Positions 46,190 through 64,000 of a stretch of 64,000 bases of DNA are shown in pieces. The notes below the pieces were generated by a model. That model was given only the letters and a program-made list of their open reading frames with translations, had not been told where the DNA came from and did no database searches. The stretch lies in NCBI GenBank assembly GCA_904063045.1, contig CAJFCJ010000002.1:744001-808000 (forward strand), in the 5' to 3' direction. Position numbers and translations under genes: made by a program. Numbering within the stretch: position 1 is the first letter of the stretch; each line of letters starts with the position of its first letter. This stretch comes from Dimorphilus gyrociliatus. Taxonomy: Eukaryota; Animalia; Annelida.

Positions 46190-46198
46190 ACCGGAAGC
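46190..46198 (+). promoter_or_regulatory. ETS-like motif ACCGGAAGC in the M6PR/CPTP divergent promoter
   Basis: CCGGAAG core about 40 bp upstream of the M6PR ATG. Confidence 0.45.
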
Positions 46199-46677
46199 TT
46201 CACGAGACAGGAAATGGAAAAAATATATAATTTTTTCGTATTTTATAATAAATAGTATGCGAATTTTCTGCTTTAATCTACTTTTAAAAATATTTATTTC
46301 ATTGGTACGAAAAAACATATCGTCATTGCAAAAATATTCTTTGTTGAGAGCCCACTTTTGCTTTCAAAACACTTTAACAATAACCCCTTAATATTCTATA
46401 ACCAAAATTTATGTTAAGTTCGTCTAACTTAGAGTTACTGTATTAAAAAACAAGCTTCAAGCCATGATATTGCGAATCTAGTTTATTTAATTCCTTAGTT
46501 TACTTTGTTGAAGGCGTGATTTGAAGTACTTTTTCCTTTATTACACACTTTTAAATAGGTTGTAAAACGACAAAAAATAACAAGTTATTAGATTTCAAAT
46601 TTTAAAATTGACCTAAAGAGAAATCACTCGGTAATATAATTTATAAAATTCCTTTAAGTCATCTACACCATTTAGCT

Positions 46678-47376
46678 ATGTCGGAAGATGCGTTTAATCC
46701 AGATCTATGTTCGCAATTCTTTAAAGTTTGTCTGGAGCAAGATATCAGTTTGAAAGAATATTGCCAAGGCTATGAGTTGTTGTGTCGGTAAGTTTCTCTT
46801 ATATGATTTAATTGTAAATAACAGATATATTCTATAAATCCCTTATTTTCGCCCAGATTGATAAATCAATTAGGATCTATTTTCAAGTTTGTAACATCTG
46901 ACATAACTGATAAAATGGATATTTTGAAAAACTATTTAGCCGGTCCTGATGCAACACACTATTGTAATTTGCAATCATTCATTCATTACGAGGTTGAAAA
47001 TGATAAAGTGGATTTCAAGAAGCGAAATGACTCAGGCTGTAGAACCTTTTTACGCCTTCATCGAGCTCTACTATTTGTCTCAGAATTCCTTAAAGAGCTA
47101 CAAAATCATGATGATGCCGGTAATCTCTCCGGAATGACTTGGAAAGTTTATGAAAAAACTCTTGGCAAATACCACAATTGGGGAATAAGAAAGCTAGTTG
47201 GTGTGGCTCTGTATACTCTTCCTACAAAGAGGCAATTGATTTTAAAAATGCTACGTCCGGGTTTGACTGAGGAAGAACTTATAGGGTTTAATACACAGTT
47301 AATTGAGGTCCTTGAAACGATATACAGCAAGTGTCAAGAAATTCTAGAGGAACATAAGCTGTTAGAATTACCCTAA
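46678..47376 (+). CDS. CPTP: GLTP-family lipid transfer protein (ceramide-1-phosphate transfer protein type), 2 exons
   Basis: join(46678-46787, 46857-47376). LGSIFKFVTSDITDK, SGCRTFLRLHRALLF and YEKTLGKYHNWGIRK carry the Lys/Arg phosphate-recognition residues characteristic of CPTP-type GLTP folds. Confidence 0.85.
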
Positions 47377-47552
47377 ATAATTCATTTAAAAATTTCAGAG
47401 TAGCTCCAAATTTTAAAAGATTTTTATGATATAAAAGTAAAATATATACTCTATTGTCAATATAAACATTTAAAAGTTATAAGAAATGTAAATATAAAAA
47501 TAGCATTTCCATGAATTTATTTAAAAATTTTTAGTGACTTGCACCTTAGATT

Positions 47553-50500
47553 TTATTCTTTACATATTGCTTGTAATTCCGCCACTTCTTGTTTCAAGTC
47601 CCTAGCCAAAAAAAAATTAATTCGTTACTTAATTACCCACATTATTGAAGGTAACTTACCTCCAGGCTTGCGATGAGGACTGAACTTTGAGTAAGTGGCC
47701 ATTTACTTGAGATTGTAAAGTTGTTATTTGACTCCTTAAACCATTTAAACAAGATTGAAGAACTCCAAGTGAAGAATTTGACTGATTTGTTGGTGTTTTT
47801 ATATTCTCTGAATATTTTTCTAAAATATCTTCCACTTGAGAATAATTGAAATTAGCTTTCGTATCTTTCGACATATTTAAAGCATTAAGGACTTCAGTTA
47901 ATTTAGCTACTCTACTCTTAAGTTGCTTGTTATATTCTCTACTCTGAAGAAGATCATTTCTGTATTGGTCCAGATCTGCATGATTTTGACGCAAGGAAGA
48001 ATTGACAGAACTTTGAGATGTGGTAAAACGTTCTTCAACACATTTAATATGTTCTTCTTGAGCTAATATTTGTTTTTCTTTTGAAATCAGTAATGATTCA
48101 TAATCGGAGATTTGCTGTTCTAATATAGGAATTCTAGTTTCGTAAATTTCTAAGTCAGTTGAAAGACGATGTATTTCAGCTCTCATGTGCCTAATAGTGT
48201 TTTCATTTTCATTACATTCTTTTCTAGCATCAAGTTCACTTTGACGTAAGTCTTTCAGCATTACCAGATTCGTGCTATGCATAGTTGCCGCACATTCTAA
48301 CTCATGTTGAAGATCTCGAATTTTGTTCTCTAATTTCAGCTTTTCAGACTTGGCCAAGCAATTTTCGTGTGAGACTTCAAAATTAATGGCCTTACTTGAT
48401 AGCTGTTTCGAATCATTAACGATTAATTCGATTAGTTGTTGATAGGTTTTTATCAGAGCTGTCAAAGAAATATTTTCTTCACACGCTGCTTTAGCTGCTT
48501 GAGATAAATCAGGAAGAGTGACAATACTGGAGACATTATCTTCTATTCCAGAGTCTCCATTTGCTGTTTCTTGCATTTTAACAGTTTGCTTAAAATTTTG
48601 TAGCTTACAGATTAAGTCAACTAGGCAAGATTCTTTGGTTTCAGTTTGACATCCATTATCACAAACTGGCCTGAAATTTTCTTCTTTTTCATTTAATAAT
48701 CGTTCTGCCTCTGATCGTAGTTCTGCCTGCTCTCGATAGTTTTTTTGCAGCTCAGCAACAAGCTCTTGTAAACGTTCGAAATCCCTAACTTTGTCGTTTA
48801 GTATATTATATTTGTGCTCAAGTTCTTCATTTTTTAATTTTAAACTCAGTTCTCGATTGGTACAGTCAGCTTGCCATTCTTTCATTCGTAATTCATATAT
48901 TTCTTCCATTTCATGAATTCTTTGCTCTGAATCTGCATGACGTTTTCCCAAAAGCTCCTCTAATTGAGCACTCAGCGACTGATTTTCTTTCTTAACTATT
49001 TGGGAATGAATTATATCAGCCTCCCTCTCATGAAGCAACTCTCGCAATTTCATTTGTAAAGTTTTTCTTTCAGTCAACAAGTTTTCTTTTTCAGTACTCA
49101 CAAATTTGAGTTTTTCATCCAAATCGTCGGAAAAATGCTTAATGTCTAAGTCTAGATTTGACTCAACTGTGTGAATTGACTTGACCTCTTCCTGCAATCG
49201 ATTTTCAAGCTTAGTAATATGTTGCTTTAGATCATGTTCGTTCCTCTGGAACATAATTAATTTGGAAGCAGTTGCCGTCCTCTCAGCCACGGCATTATCC
49301 AAATTTGCTTGCAGGTTGCTTCTTTCAATTTGAAGCTCCTTCACTCTATCCGATAACTGTTTTAATCGAATCTCGTATGCGTCTCTCTCTTTTTCAAACA
49401 TTTCTCTTTGTCTACTCTTCACTTTGGCTTTTGTTCGGATATAACTATAATTTTTTTTATTAGGTTCTAAGTCTACAGGCTCTGGAGTGATCTTCAAAGT
49501 CACAGTTTTTGATAGTATTTTCGAAATGCACAACTGAACATCGTCATAATTATCTTCAACAAGTTCCACAGCTGTCTTTAAATCTTTCACTACATCAGTT
49601 ATTAAATTTAAAATTTCCTTGTTTTTATTTTCAGAAGTGCTGGATTTGATAATGGCTATTTTGTGAGATAAGAGTGGAGGGTCTTTGCCTTGAAATACTC
49701 CTCCCATTTGATCACGAACAAATATTAAATCACTTTGAACTTTTTCCAATGCTTTTTCCAATGCAGAAACTTGTCTTTCGGATTGCTTTCGAATTTCGTT
49801 TGAGATTTTCATTTGTTCCTGCATATCTCTTTGAAGCTTTTCATTATCCACCAGTGTATCATTTAAGCGGGTAATACGCCTATCCCTTTCAACAGTCATC
49901 TCGTGAGCTAAAGCCAGTCGATGAGCGAATTCGGCTTTTAGAATTTGTTCTTGCTCCAACTGCTCGACGGATACCTTTAAGGAAGTACGAAGATTTTCTA
50001 ATTCTTGTTGCATATCTATATATAAGGAAGAGTGAACACTTTCGAACTTATCTTTTAGAGACACTGAGCGTTCTAATTTGGCTTGAGTTAGTTCAACTTC
50101 TTTTTGGACTATATCAGCCTCTATGGTCTCAAGATGCAAAGCAAGTAGTTGTTTCTCTCGAAGTGCTTGTTGCTGGGCAGTCACAAGAGCCTGATTCGCT
50201 CTCTCCTTTTCAGCCCTCATTCTTTCAATAGCACTTGCGCTTTCGATGCTCTTTGCTTGTGCGGATGTCAACTTGCTTTGAAGATTGGCTCGACTAGCAG
50301 TAGCAGAATCCAGCTGCTTCTGCAGCCATTTTTTAGCCTCTATAACTGTTTCCATTTCGGATTTTAAAGTTTTTATTTCCTGCTCAGATACAGAGGATCG
50401 TTGCATTGCGCTTTCATAATCAACATATACAGATGCTAATTTATTCTTCAATCCCTCTATAATGCTTTCTTTTTCTACAAGAGTATCTCTCGTCCGCTCC

Positions 50501-51462
50501 AACTTGCAATATAGCTCTGCGTTAGAATCTCCGACATCACTTTGTAATTTAGCAACAAAAGATCTCAGATTTTGAATTTCATCATGCTGAGTTTTAATGA
50601 CCTGCTCGAAACGCTTAACTAAATCTTCGCTTTCGATCAGTTTATCTAAAATTTCTTTATGAGGGTCATTGACTTTTTCTTCTTGAACTGTTATTGGTGA
50701 AGTTGACTTGGTAGATGTGAAGATATTATGGGTACAAACTCCTACATTTACATTTTTGGCTTTAACAGTAACATGTGATTGTACACTATTCTGAGATAAA
50801 ATCCTCTCTAAAACTGGCTTGGTTGTTCCTTCCATGTCTCTATTTGCTGTAGGATATAGAATCTTCTCCGGTGCAAGCTGATTTTCATTTTGGATGTTCG
50901 ACGAGAATGAGCCACTGGTTAAGTTATTCTTCATGTAAGCTTGATGAACATTAGCTCGACTTGGAGGTCTGTCTTGAAAAGGCTCATCTAAAGTCTCAAG
51001 AGCACAACCCGATGGTAAGCTAACTTCTCTACGCTTAACTATCTTTAAGTTTTGAGAATTCGATTTACTATGGCAAAAGTCTTTTTTAACTTTCAAATTC
51101 AAATCAGCAGTTGGTTGATTATCCAATGGTAATTGATTGACAGTTGAAGATACTCTCTGTTCTTCATCCATTTTTGTCCGATGAAATTTGTTGAGATTTT
51201 TCAATGGTTTGTGTTCTTCCGCTTTAGGTTTATCACTTCTATCGCCTGAAAGAGACTAGTTTAAAAAAGTATCAATCAGACATGCTATATAATTACCGTG
51301 TGATACAACCTCCTGAGTAACAATAGGTAAATCTCCCACATCTTTATGGACTAGTTCTTGTTCGTATGATACTAAATTACTAAAAGCATTTATTGAAATT
51401 GAAGATTGTATATCTGATTCGTCGAAATTAACTTGATGCTGTGTTAAATTTATAGGCTCCAT
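47553..51462 (-). CDS. GOLGA3: Golgin subfamily A member 3 (golgin-160)-like coiled-coil protein, 3 exons
   Basis: 1182-aa coiled-coil exon with GOLGA3-like segments (QQALREKQLLALHLETIEADI; C-terminal LQSCLNGLRSQITTLQSQVNGH). 5' exon starts at 51462 and the final exon ends ...AICKE-TAA at 47553. Confidence 0.7.
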
Positions 51463-51610
51463 ATTCTGTGATATTTCTAATAAAAGTTTTCATATGAAAA
51501 TACTATGAACAACAAGATTGATCCTGATACATCTCTAATATAGGAAATGATTTAGCGGAGCGATAAAGTGAGAACTAACGTGGCTGATGCGAAACATTTT
51601 GTAGACATAA

Positions 51611-51618
51611 ACTTCCGG
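51611..51618 (-). promoter_or_regulatory. ETS-type motif CCGGAAGT in the GOLGA3/IER3IP1 divergent promoter
   Basis: ACTTCCGG on the + strand within the 196-bp head-to-head gap. Confidence 0.55.
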
Positions 51619-51658
51619 GCGTAAAAACTGGTGAGTTCTCGCCAACTTGTCCACAAAC

Positions 51659-51965
51659 ATGGCAATTGGATTATATTCATTACTTGAGGCCATTCTATTA
51701 TGTTTAAACGCTGTGTGTATACTACATGAAAAAAGATTTCTATCAAAATGTTGGTATCATTTTAAATATATGTATATTTATCTTATTTTATTCATTCAAA
51801 TTTTTAGTTGGATGGAGAAATAATCAACATAGAGGTTTCGATGAAAATCCTGATGGCATGATAGATCGTGTGAAAAATCTTATATCATCTATTAGAACTG
51901 TTATGAGATTTCCACTAATTGGACTAAATATTTTTGTAATTGTATTTAAACTTGTATTTGGATAG
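51659..51965 (+). CDS. IER3IP1: Immediate early response 3-interacting protein 1 (Yos1), 82 aa, 2 exons
   Basis: join(51659-51749, 51808-51965): MAIGLYSLLEAILLCLNAVCILHEKRFLSK|FGW...LISSIRTVMRFPLIGLNIFVIVFKLVFG*. Matches the Yos1/IER3IP1 pattern. Confidence 0.95.
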
Positions 51966-51994
51966 AAGGAAAAGATAGAACGAGAAACTTTGCG

Positions 51995-53773
<1,779 letters not shown>

Positions 53774-53940
53774 CTTTGAATCGACTTTGCCGAACGAAAT
53801 TCAGGTCAAGGTGAATTTGTCTTTTTCTGCCAGCACTAATAACAAAAAATTTATATTTTGGCTGTTTAAATTTCAACAAATACACTTTTTGATCAATGGT
53901 TTTTTAAAATGAATATACTGAATACGAGCATAACCATGTT

Positions 53941-53950
53941 CACTTCCGGT
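53941..53950 (-). promoter_or_regulatory. ETS-type motif ACCGGAAGTG upstream of PGM
   Basis: CACTTCCGGT on the + strand, about 170 bp upstream of the PGM ATG. The same 10-mer occurs at 56620. Confidence 0.55.
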
Positions 53951-54112
53951 ATCGGGAGTCGTCTGCTAACTATATTTTCATATAATCAAATGCAAAGGAG
54001 ATCTCTCAAAAGATAATGAAATAAGGTTCAAGCGAAATTTTTAAAGCAATTTATATTACAAATTATTTAAAAACAAAAAAAAAACAATGCATTCACAGTG
54101 AAATAGAATTGG

Positions 54113-56380
54113 TCATCTTGCTTTATCTATTAAGTTATTCAATGATGTTGGTACCCAAACTCCCCCTTCATTTACAAATAGAACATTACGGTCAAAGTAG
54201 ATGAATAATCGCCCAAATTGATATATTTGCTTTGATTCGTGTGTTTTATTGGGTACGGGCAAAAAGACGATGTCATTTTCCTCGGCTCTTTTTCCTATAA
54301 TGTCTTTGTAACTAAGTGATGCTGTAGAGGTGGAAAATTTTGGTTGATTTGCTTTGCCAGGTGGCTTTTGAATACTATAAGAAGGCGAAGGCTGAACTTT
54401 TTCACCACTTACAGCTCTGTTCATGAAATCCAAAGCATTATTGAATTGATCCCTTACAGCTGAAATCTCGAGAAGAACTCTGGGAAAAATATTTTTCCAA
54501 CCCATATACCATCTACTAACTTCGTCATAATTAGGATGTTGATTTAACCAATGGCACAATGTCTGTAACCAGCGAGGAAAAAAGTGTCTCTCAAGAAGGG
54601 GAACCATGCTATTGATGGGCATAAGGTCTATCCAAGTCATAACAGAATTAAATAAATCCAACTTTAAATGGTTAGGAGATAGATCCATTTCGGCTAAGCA
54701 CTGACCTAGTTTTGGAGCAACATTTCTTACCAAAAAAGCTTGCATATGGCCTTTTAAGAAGACGTTATTCCAGGGCTCAAGCATAAACTTGGCTGATGGA
54801 TCAGAGGGATGCCAAGCGACTAAAGCATTAGCAAACTTGTGACGAATAGCTTCGTAAAGAGGACTAAGCTTATCTCCCATCATCGGAGACCACTGTAGTA
54901 ACCAATTATGAATTGGAATTCTATCGCTTAAGGGATCCCATTCATTTACGGCGTTTTGTAGTTTGGGTAAGATTAAATGATCCAATACGTCATTGAGTAT
55001 CCAGTCTGGCAAGTTATGTTGCCACCGATCTAAAAGAGCTAAGGCTTCAACATCTCTACCATTCCAGTGAGATGTTATGGCTGTCCTTACAGATGGTATC
55101 CAGGTATCCCATACAAGTCTTTCGTAGGGACTCATAAAACTCTCGGAATTTTTTCCTTTTTCTGTTAAAATCTTTTTCCAATTAGCATACATGGCTACAC
55201 CTTCCCGAAATGGATCAATAAGGGGTTGCCAACTAGAAAGTGCTGCTTTGAATAAAGGCAAAATCAAAGCTAAGATAAAAACTCCTAAATCATAAGCAGC
55301 ATATTCATTGGGGTATTCATCTTGAAGCCGCTCGGCAACAATTGCACAGTCTTTTAGAGTATTAGGATCCATCGGATCTCTTGATCTGTCAATAGCTGTA
55401 TCGATTATATGTAATACATCTTTGAGTTTTTCAATGAATTGCTCTTCCCTCTCACAAAGTATCCTTTTTTTATCAAACTCATGCTCTAAATTAGATAAAA
55501 GATCTGAGTTATTTCGTTTTTTTCTGTCACTTGATACAATTTCGTCTTCTATTGTGTCACACAAAACATTAAGATTATTTTTCAATTCTGGTAGATCAAA
55601 TCCTCGAGATTTTGTATGTATATCTTCTTGCTCAGACTTATGAGCTAGAGCTCCGTATCCTGACAATACCCTTTGCTCTTTACCCGTCATATCAATAACC
55701 TTTACTTTCACGTCAGTCTTAAAATGCATTCTTTGCGAGCCCTCAGCTATAGCATCATCAATTGTTTTCAATTGGAATTTTTTTCCTTTCTTTTTTTCTC
55801 TCTGAGGGTCTTTTTTCCAATTTTTAGTCTCAATTTTTGTCTTTTCACCTGCAATAACTTCTTTCAGATTGTCTTTATTCGCTTCTGGGATCTCTGAGCC
55901 ATAAAACCCAAGAGCTCCTTTTCCTCTTCGTTGATATACTTCGACAGGTGCTTTAATACCTTGTTCATTTTTACCTAATCCTTGGCCATGTTTATACCCC
56001 ATTTTTGATATTAAGGCCCAGCCTATACCCTTTGTGTGTTTCTCCCAATTACCAAATCCCGAAGTATCTTTTCTAGGAACTTTGAATTTAGTTTGCTTTG
56101 GTTTAAACTGTGTATCTTCGTCAAAACATATATTTTCATCCTTCTCTTCCTCATGGTTGGAAGTTTCTTTTTTAATACCCCCACTTATAAAGTTTATCGG
56201 ACCATTCCTATCTCCCGATTTACCTAATCCTGGTCGTTCATCATCGCTATCCACCATGTCACCAAGGAAAACTCCATAAGTTGCATGATTTTTCGACCAC
56301 TTCCCTCTGTTTCTATTCAAACCAAATCCTGTAAGATCTTCATCAGTTATTTCAAACGCCTCCATTTCCGGAGAAGACAT
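54113..56380 (-). CDS. TFIP11: Tuftelin-interacting protein 11 (Ntr1/Spp382; G-patch spliceosome disassembly factor), intronless
   Basis: TIP_N (ATYGVF...RP....PINFISGG), G-patch WEKHTKGIGWALISKMGYKHGQGLGKNEQGI, GCFC domain (ILPKLQNAVNEWDP...PIHNWL), FFPRWLQTLCHWL, WYMGWK. Confidence 0.97.
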   Translation of the reverse strand: MSSPEMEAFEITDEDLTGFGLNRNRGKWSKNHATYGVFLGDMVDSDDERPGLGKSGDRNGPINFISGGIKKETSNHEEEKDENICFDEDTQFKPKQTKFKVPRKDTSGFGNWEKHTKGIGWALISKMGYKHGQGLGKNEQGIKAPVEVYQRRGKGALGFYGSEIPEANKDNLKEVIAGEKTKIETKNWKKDPQREKKKGKKFQLKTIDDAIAEGSQRMHFKTDVKVKVIDMTGKEQRVLSGYGALAHKSEQEDIHTKSRGFDLPELKNNLNVLCDTIEDEIVSSDRKKRNNSDLLSNLEHEFDKKRILCEREEQFIEKLKDVLHIIDTAIDRSRDPMDPNTLKDCAIVAERLQDEYPNEYAAYDLGVFILALILPLFKAALSSWQPLIDPFREGVAMYANWKKILTEKGKNSESFMSPYERLVWDTWIPSVRTAITSHWNGRDVEALALLDRWQHNLPDWILNDVLDHLILPKLQNAVNEWDPLSDRIPIHNWLLQWSPMMGDKLSPLYEAIRHKFANALVAWHPSDPSAKFMLEPWNNVFLKGHMQAFLVRNVAPKLGQCLAEMDLSPNHLKLDLFNSVMTWIDLMPINSMVPLLERHFFPRWLQTLCHWLNQHPNYDEVSRWYMGWKNIFPRVLLEISAVRDQFNNALDFMNRAVSGEKVQPSPSYSIQKPPGKANQPKFSTSTASLSYKDIIGKRAEENDIVFLPVPNKTHESKQIYQFGRLFIYFDRNVLFVNEGGVWVPTSLNNLIDKAR

Positions 56381-56619
56381 GTTTCTCTGTTTCTACAATA
56401 GACGTAATAGGATCGTTGTCGATTGTTATTTAACTCTTAAATGCTTGTATTATCACTCTCTCATCTTCGTACATTTTACGAAAAACGGGAAGTTGTTAAT
56501 ATATATATATATAATATATAGATATATATATTAATATTTATAATTTAACATAAAATTTAGAACTAATTAAAATCTATCAAAATGTTTAAGGATAAAGAAA
56601 AACCAGGGTAAGAAGATTA

Positions 56620-56629
56620 CACTTCCGGT
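56620..56629 (-). promoter_or_regulatory. ETS-type motif ACCGGAAGTG in the TFIP11/SLC38A9 divergent promoter
   Basis: CACTTCCGGT on the + strand in the head-to-head gap. Confidence 0.55.
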
Positions 56630-56921
56630 CAATGATGTGAAATTGGGAAGTTTAATGAAGTAGCTATATAGCTATACACTCGTTTTAAGTTTTTTTTATG
56701 AAATTAATAATATCTTCCTTATTACTTTGCCCGAAAGTTTCGATTTTTAAAACTAGCTTATCAACTATGAGCAACTGAATCAAAACAATCCAAAGGTTTT
56801 AGCATGGTTTGTATTCGCGATGGACAAAATTCCATTGCTAAAACTTGACCTAAATGAATCAAATATTCCTTTAAAACCAGATTATGCGGTTTTAGAAATC
56901 ACAGCTGATAAGTTATAAAAA

Positions 56922-59384
56922 ATGAGTACATCCAGTTTTACAAATTCTCCTACTCAAAGTACGTCGGAGAAGGACCCTCTCTTAAGTAAAGGGCGGAGCA
57001 GCAATGGAACTCAAAGGTTATTAATTTCCAATGATAATGAATTTATTTAAAAAAATATAATTCTGATGAGGCAGCATGGTGCATCTGTCTTAAAAAGTCT
57101 TTCTATCAAAGTATTAAATTTCCTTTTTTAGTACATGTAACTTGACATTCTTTAAACAATTAACTTTTGTAGTGAAAGAATCAGGCACTATTCCACTCAT
57201 GCGATCGTTCAAGAAGGAGAAGAAAGTGTTACTATAAGGTTGATTTTATCAAGTTTATTAGCAAGTAAACCTTTATAATATATAGCAAACATTTGAAGGC
57301 GTCCACTGGACTATAGAAGTGTTGCGGAACAGAGTTCTAGTACAAAGGCTAGCTTGTCTCGTTACAAATATTACAGTAAATTGCAAAGTCATAGTGCTGC
57401 TCTATTAAACTTGGTTGGTTTTTGTTTCCGTGATGCAGAACGTTATAAGCCGTTTAATTTCAGCTGATGCCCACTCATGTTGTTCCTCCTGAATTTTACT
57501 TAGTTATTCCATTCAAGCCAGAGGGTGGGAAACAAAACAGTATTGTAACTATGTATGTACAACAGACACATTGTTATCTTTCCTACATTTAAACAACGTT
57601 TTTTCATAGTTTTTCAATTTGGAATACTATGGTAGGTACTTCGTTATTAAGTATCCCTTGGGCTATGCAGCAAGCTGGTTTTGGATTAAGTTTAGGCTTA
57701 ATATTTTTGATGGTTTGTCTTTGTTTGTACACGTCATATAGAGTTGTTAAGTCTGTTTATTACATCGGTAAATTTTTTAATTTTATAACCAATAAAAATA
57801 TATTCTCTAACTTCTGCAAAAATTAAAGACCCCACAGGTGATGTGTCTGACTTTTCTGAGGTTTGCAGATATTACTTTGGACGATGGGGAGATTACTTGA
57901 CGGTCATTTTTTCATGCATCACAAATCTTGGGGCTGCAGTTATATATTGGGTTTTAATGTCAAATTTTTTATTCCATACGGGAAATTTTATCTACGGTAT
58001 AAATTTTGAAATATCTAGAAGATCATTAAAATTTTATTTTTCAGAGCACATTTACCCCGTTAATAATTCTTCAACTATTATTCATAATGGCTCATATTCT
58101 GATGGTGTTTGTTTTCATAAGATGAAATTAAATATCTGATCGTAAATTCTCCCATAGCCGTTTGTCCTGTGAAAACTGCTTTGCGTAACGAATCTTCTAA
58201 ATTTCCAGCGGATTCGATTTTTCCGAAAGTTTGGCATCAAACACATACTGTGCCTTTTTTTCTTCTCATACTATTTGCGCCGTTAATTAATTTTAAATCT
58301 CCTACATTTTTCACAAAATTTAATGCTTTAGGTTGAGATCTACATCATATATACAAGTTTTTAAAATCATTTAAAAATTGACATTTCAGGAACAGTTTCT
58401 ATCCTTTATATTGTTACATTTGTTATTATTAAGGCAGCAAACTGGGGCATTCATGTGGATTTTAACAATCCAAAGAACAAATCCTACGTTGCAGGTAATA
58501 TTCATAAGTCACTCACGTCATTATTTTTTCTCCTATTCAATTTAAGAATTTCACTCATCATTTCCTGCGTTAACTGGAATACTTGCTCTGGCATTATTCA
58601 TTCATAATTGCTTAATATCTATTGTTCGAACACAAAAAAATCCGGAAAACAATGTGAGTTTACAATATTAAATAATATTAATACATGTCAATTTAATTTA
58701 TCAATTTAAATATTAGGTAAGAGACATTTCCATAGCTTATATCTGCGTTGCCTTGACCTATGTTATTATTGGAGCAGTTTTTTATTTGAGTTTTCCATTA
58801 CCAAAGTTTTGCATTGAGGATGTTCGTGTAAATTTACAATATAGACTTCTTCCAATCCTGTCTTAATATTTCAGAATTTGTTGAATAACTTCGAAAGCAC
58901 TGATTTACTCTCTTTTGTTGCTCGTCTTTTTCTATTATTCCAAATGTGTACAGTATTTCCTCTTATCACATTTGTTATGCGTGCTCAGGTTTTGCATACT
59001 TTATTTGGGAATGCCTATCCAAGGTTTGCTTTAGTACATTTAATTCTCATATTAAAAAAGTGTCTTAACAGTGTGCGGCATGTCATTGGTTTCAATACTT
59101 TAGTTGTAATAATATGCCTATTGTTTGCCGTGTTCATGCCTAAAATAGGAATAATAATAAGGTTTGTTTTTTTGTTTTCAATATTTCAGTTTTCTAATGT
59201 CGAACCATACAGATTCTCAGGAGCTCTCTGTGGATTCTCATATGTTTTTACTCTTCCTTGTGCTGTATACTTATGTTGGCTCAAATCTCAAAATCAATTG
59301 ACATGGAGAACTACGATATTACATTGCATAATTATTTTAATTGGTTTAAGCAATTTTATTGGTCAATTTCTAGTTAAAGTTTGA
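56922..59384 (+). CDS. SLC38A9: Lysosomal amino acid transporter/arginine sensor SLC38A9, multi-exon
   Basis: N-terminal RRP...RYKYYSKL and P.HVVP motifs of the Rag-binding tail; QNSIVTI|[18 protein letters not shown]; TVPFFL; FTKFNALG; [10 protein letters not shown]; [12 protein letters not shown]; RFSGALCG. Confidence 0.93.
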
Positions 59385-59545
59385 TAATAGATAATCAAAA
59401 TGTTTTATTTTATGAAATTACAACAGATTAAATGTATAAATAAACATTTTATATTGCTTTAAAATATACACATTCTTGTCTAGGCACCTAAGACATTTAG
59501 TTGTTTGATAAAGGCAATTTCAGTAGTGTATTACTCTTATCAAAG

Positions 59546-63992
<4,447 letters not shown>

Positions 63993-64000
63993 CTAGAAGA

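Overview
This is eukaryotic (animal) genomic DNA: AT-rich, gene-dense, with mostly 35-60 nt GT-AG introns and short intergenic gaps. Innexin, an FaNaC-like DEG/ENaC and an ETX/MTX2-type protein point to an invertebrate, most likely a compact-genome spiralian such as a meiofaunal annelid (inference, not determined). About 25 protein-coding genes can be supported. The recognisable ones are CANT1, TTC39, LRRC74, grainyhead, a DEG/ENaC channel, innexin, TRMT13, RAD23, M6PR, CPTP, GOLGA3, IER3IP1, PGM, TFIP11, SLC38A9 and FAK/PTK2 (5' end outside the window). Several orphan or lineage-specific genes are also present. I found no rRNA, tRNA, CRISPR array or intact transposon. The most novel-looking locus is at 33.5-35.4 kb and was reconstructed by hand. 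It appears to encode a PH-like/proline-rich/tandem beta-thymosin-type WH2 protein followed by three phase-matched candidate mutually exclusive exons. One of these exons encodes a WASH-like C-helix and another an acidic Trp motif like Arp2/3 activators. It lies directly upstream of a signal-peptide-less aerolysin/ETX-MTX2-like pore-former and a CS-domain gene that the ORF track misses. All exon models are manual reads of splice signals and need RNA-seq confirmation.
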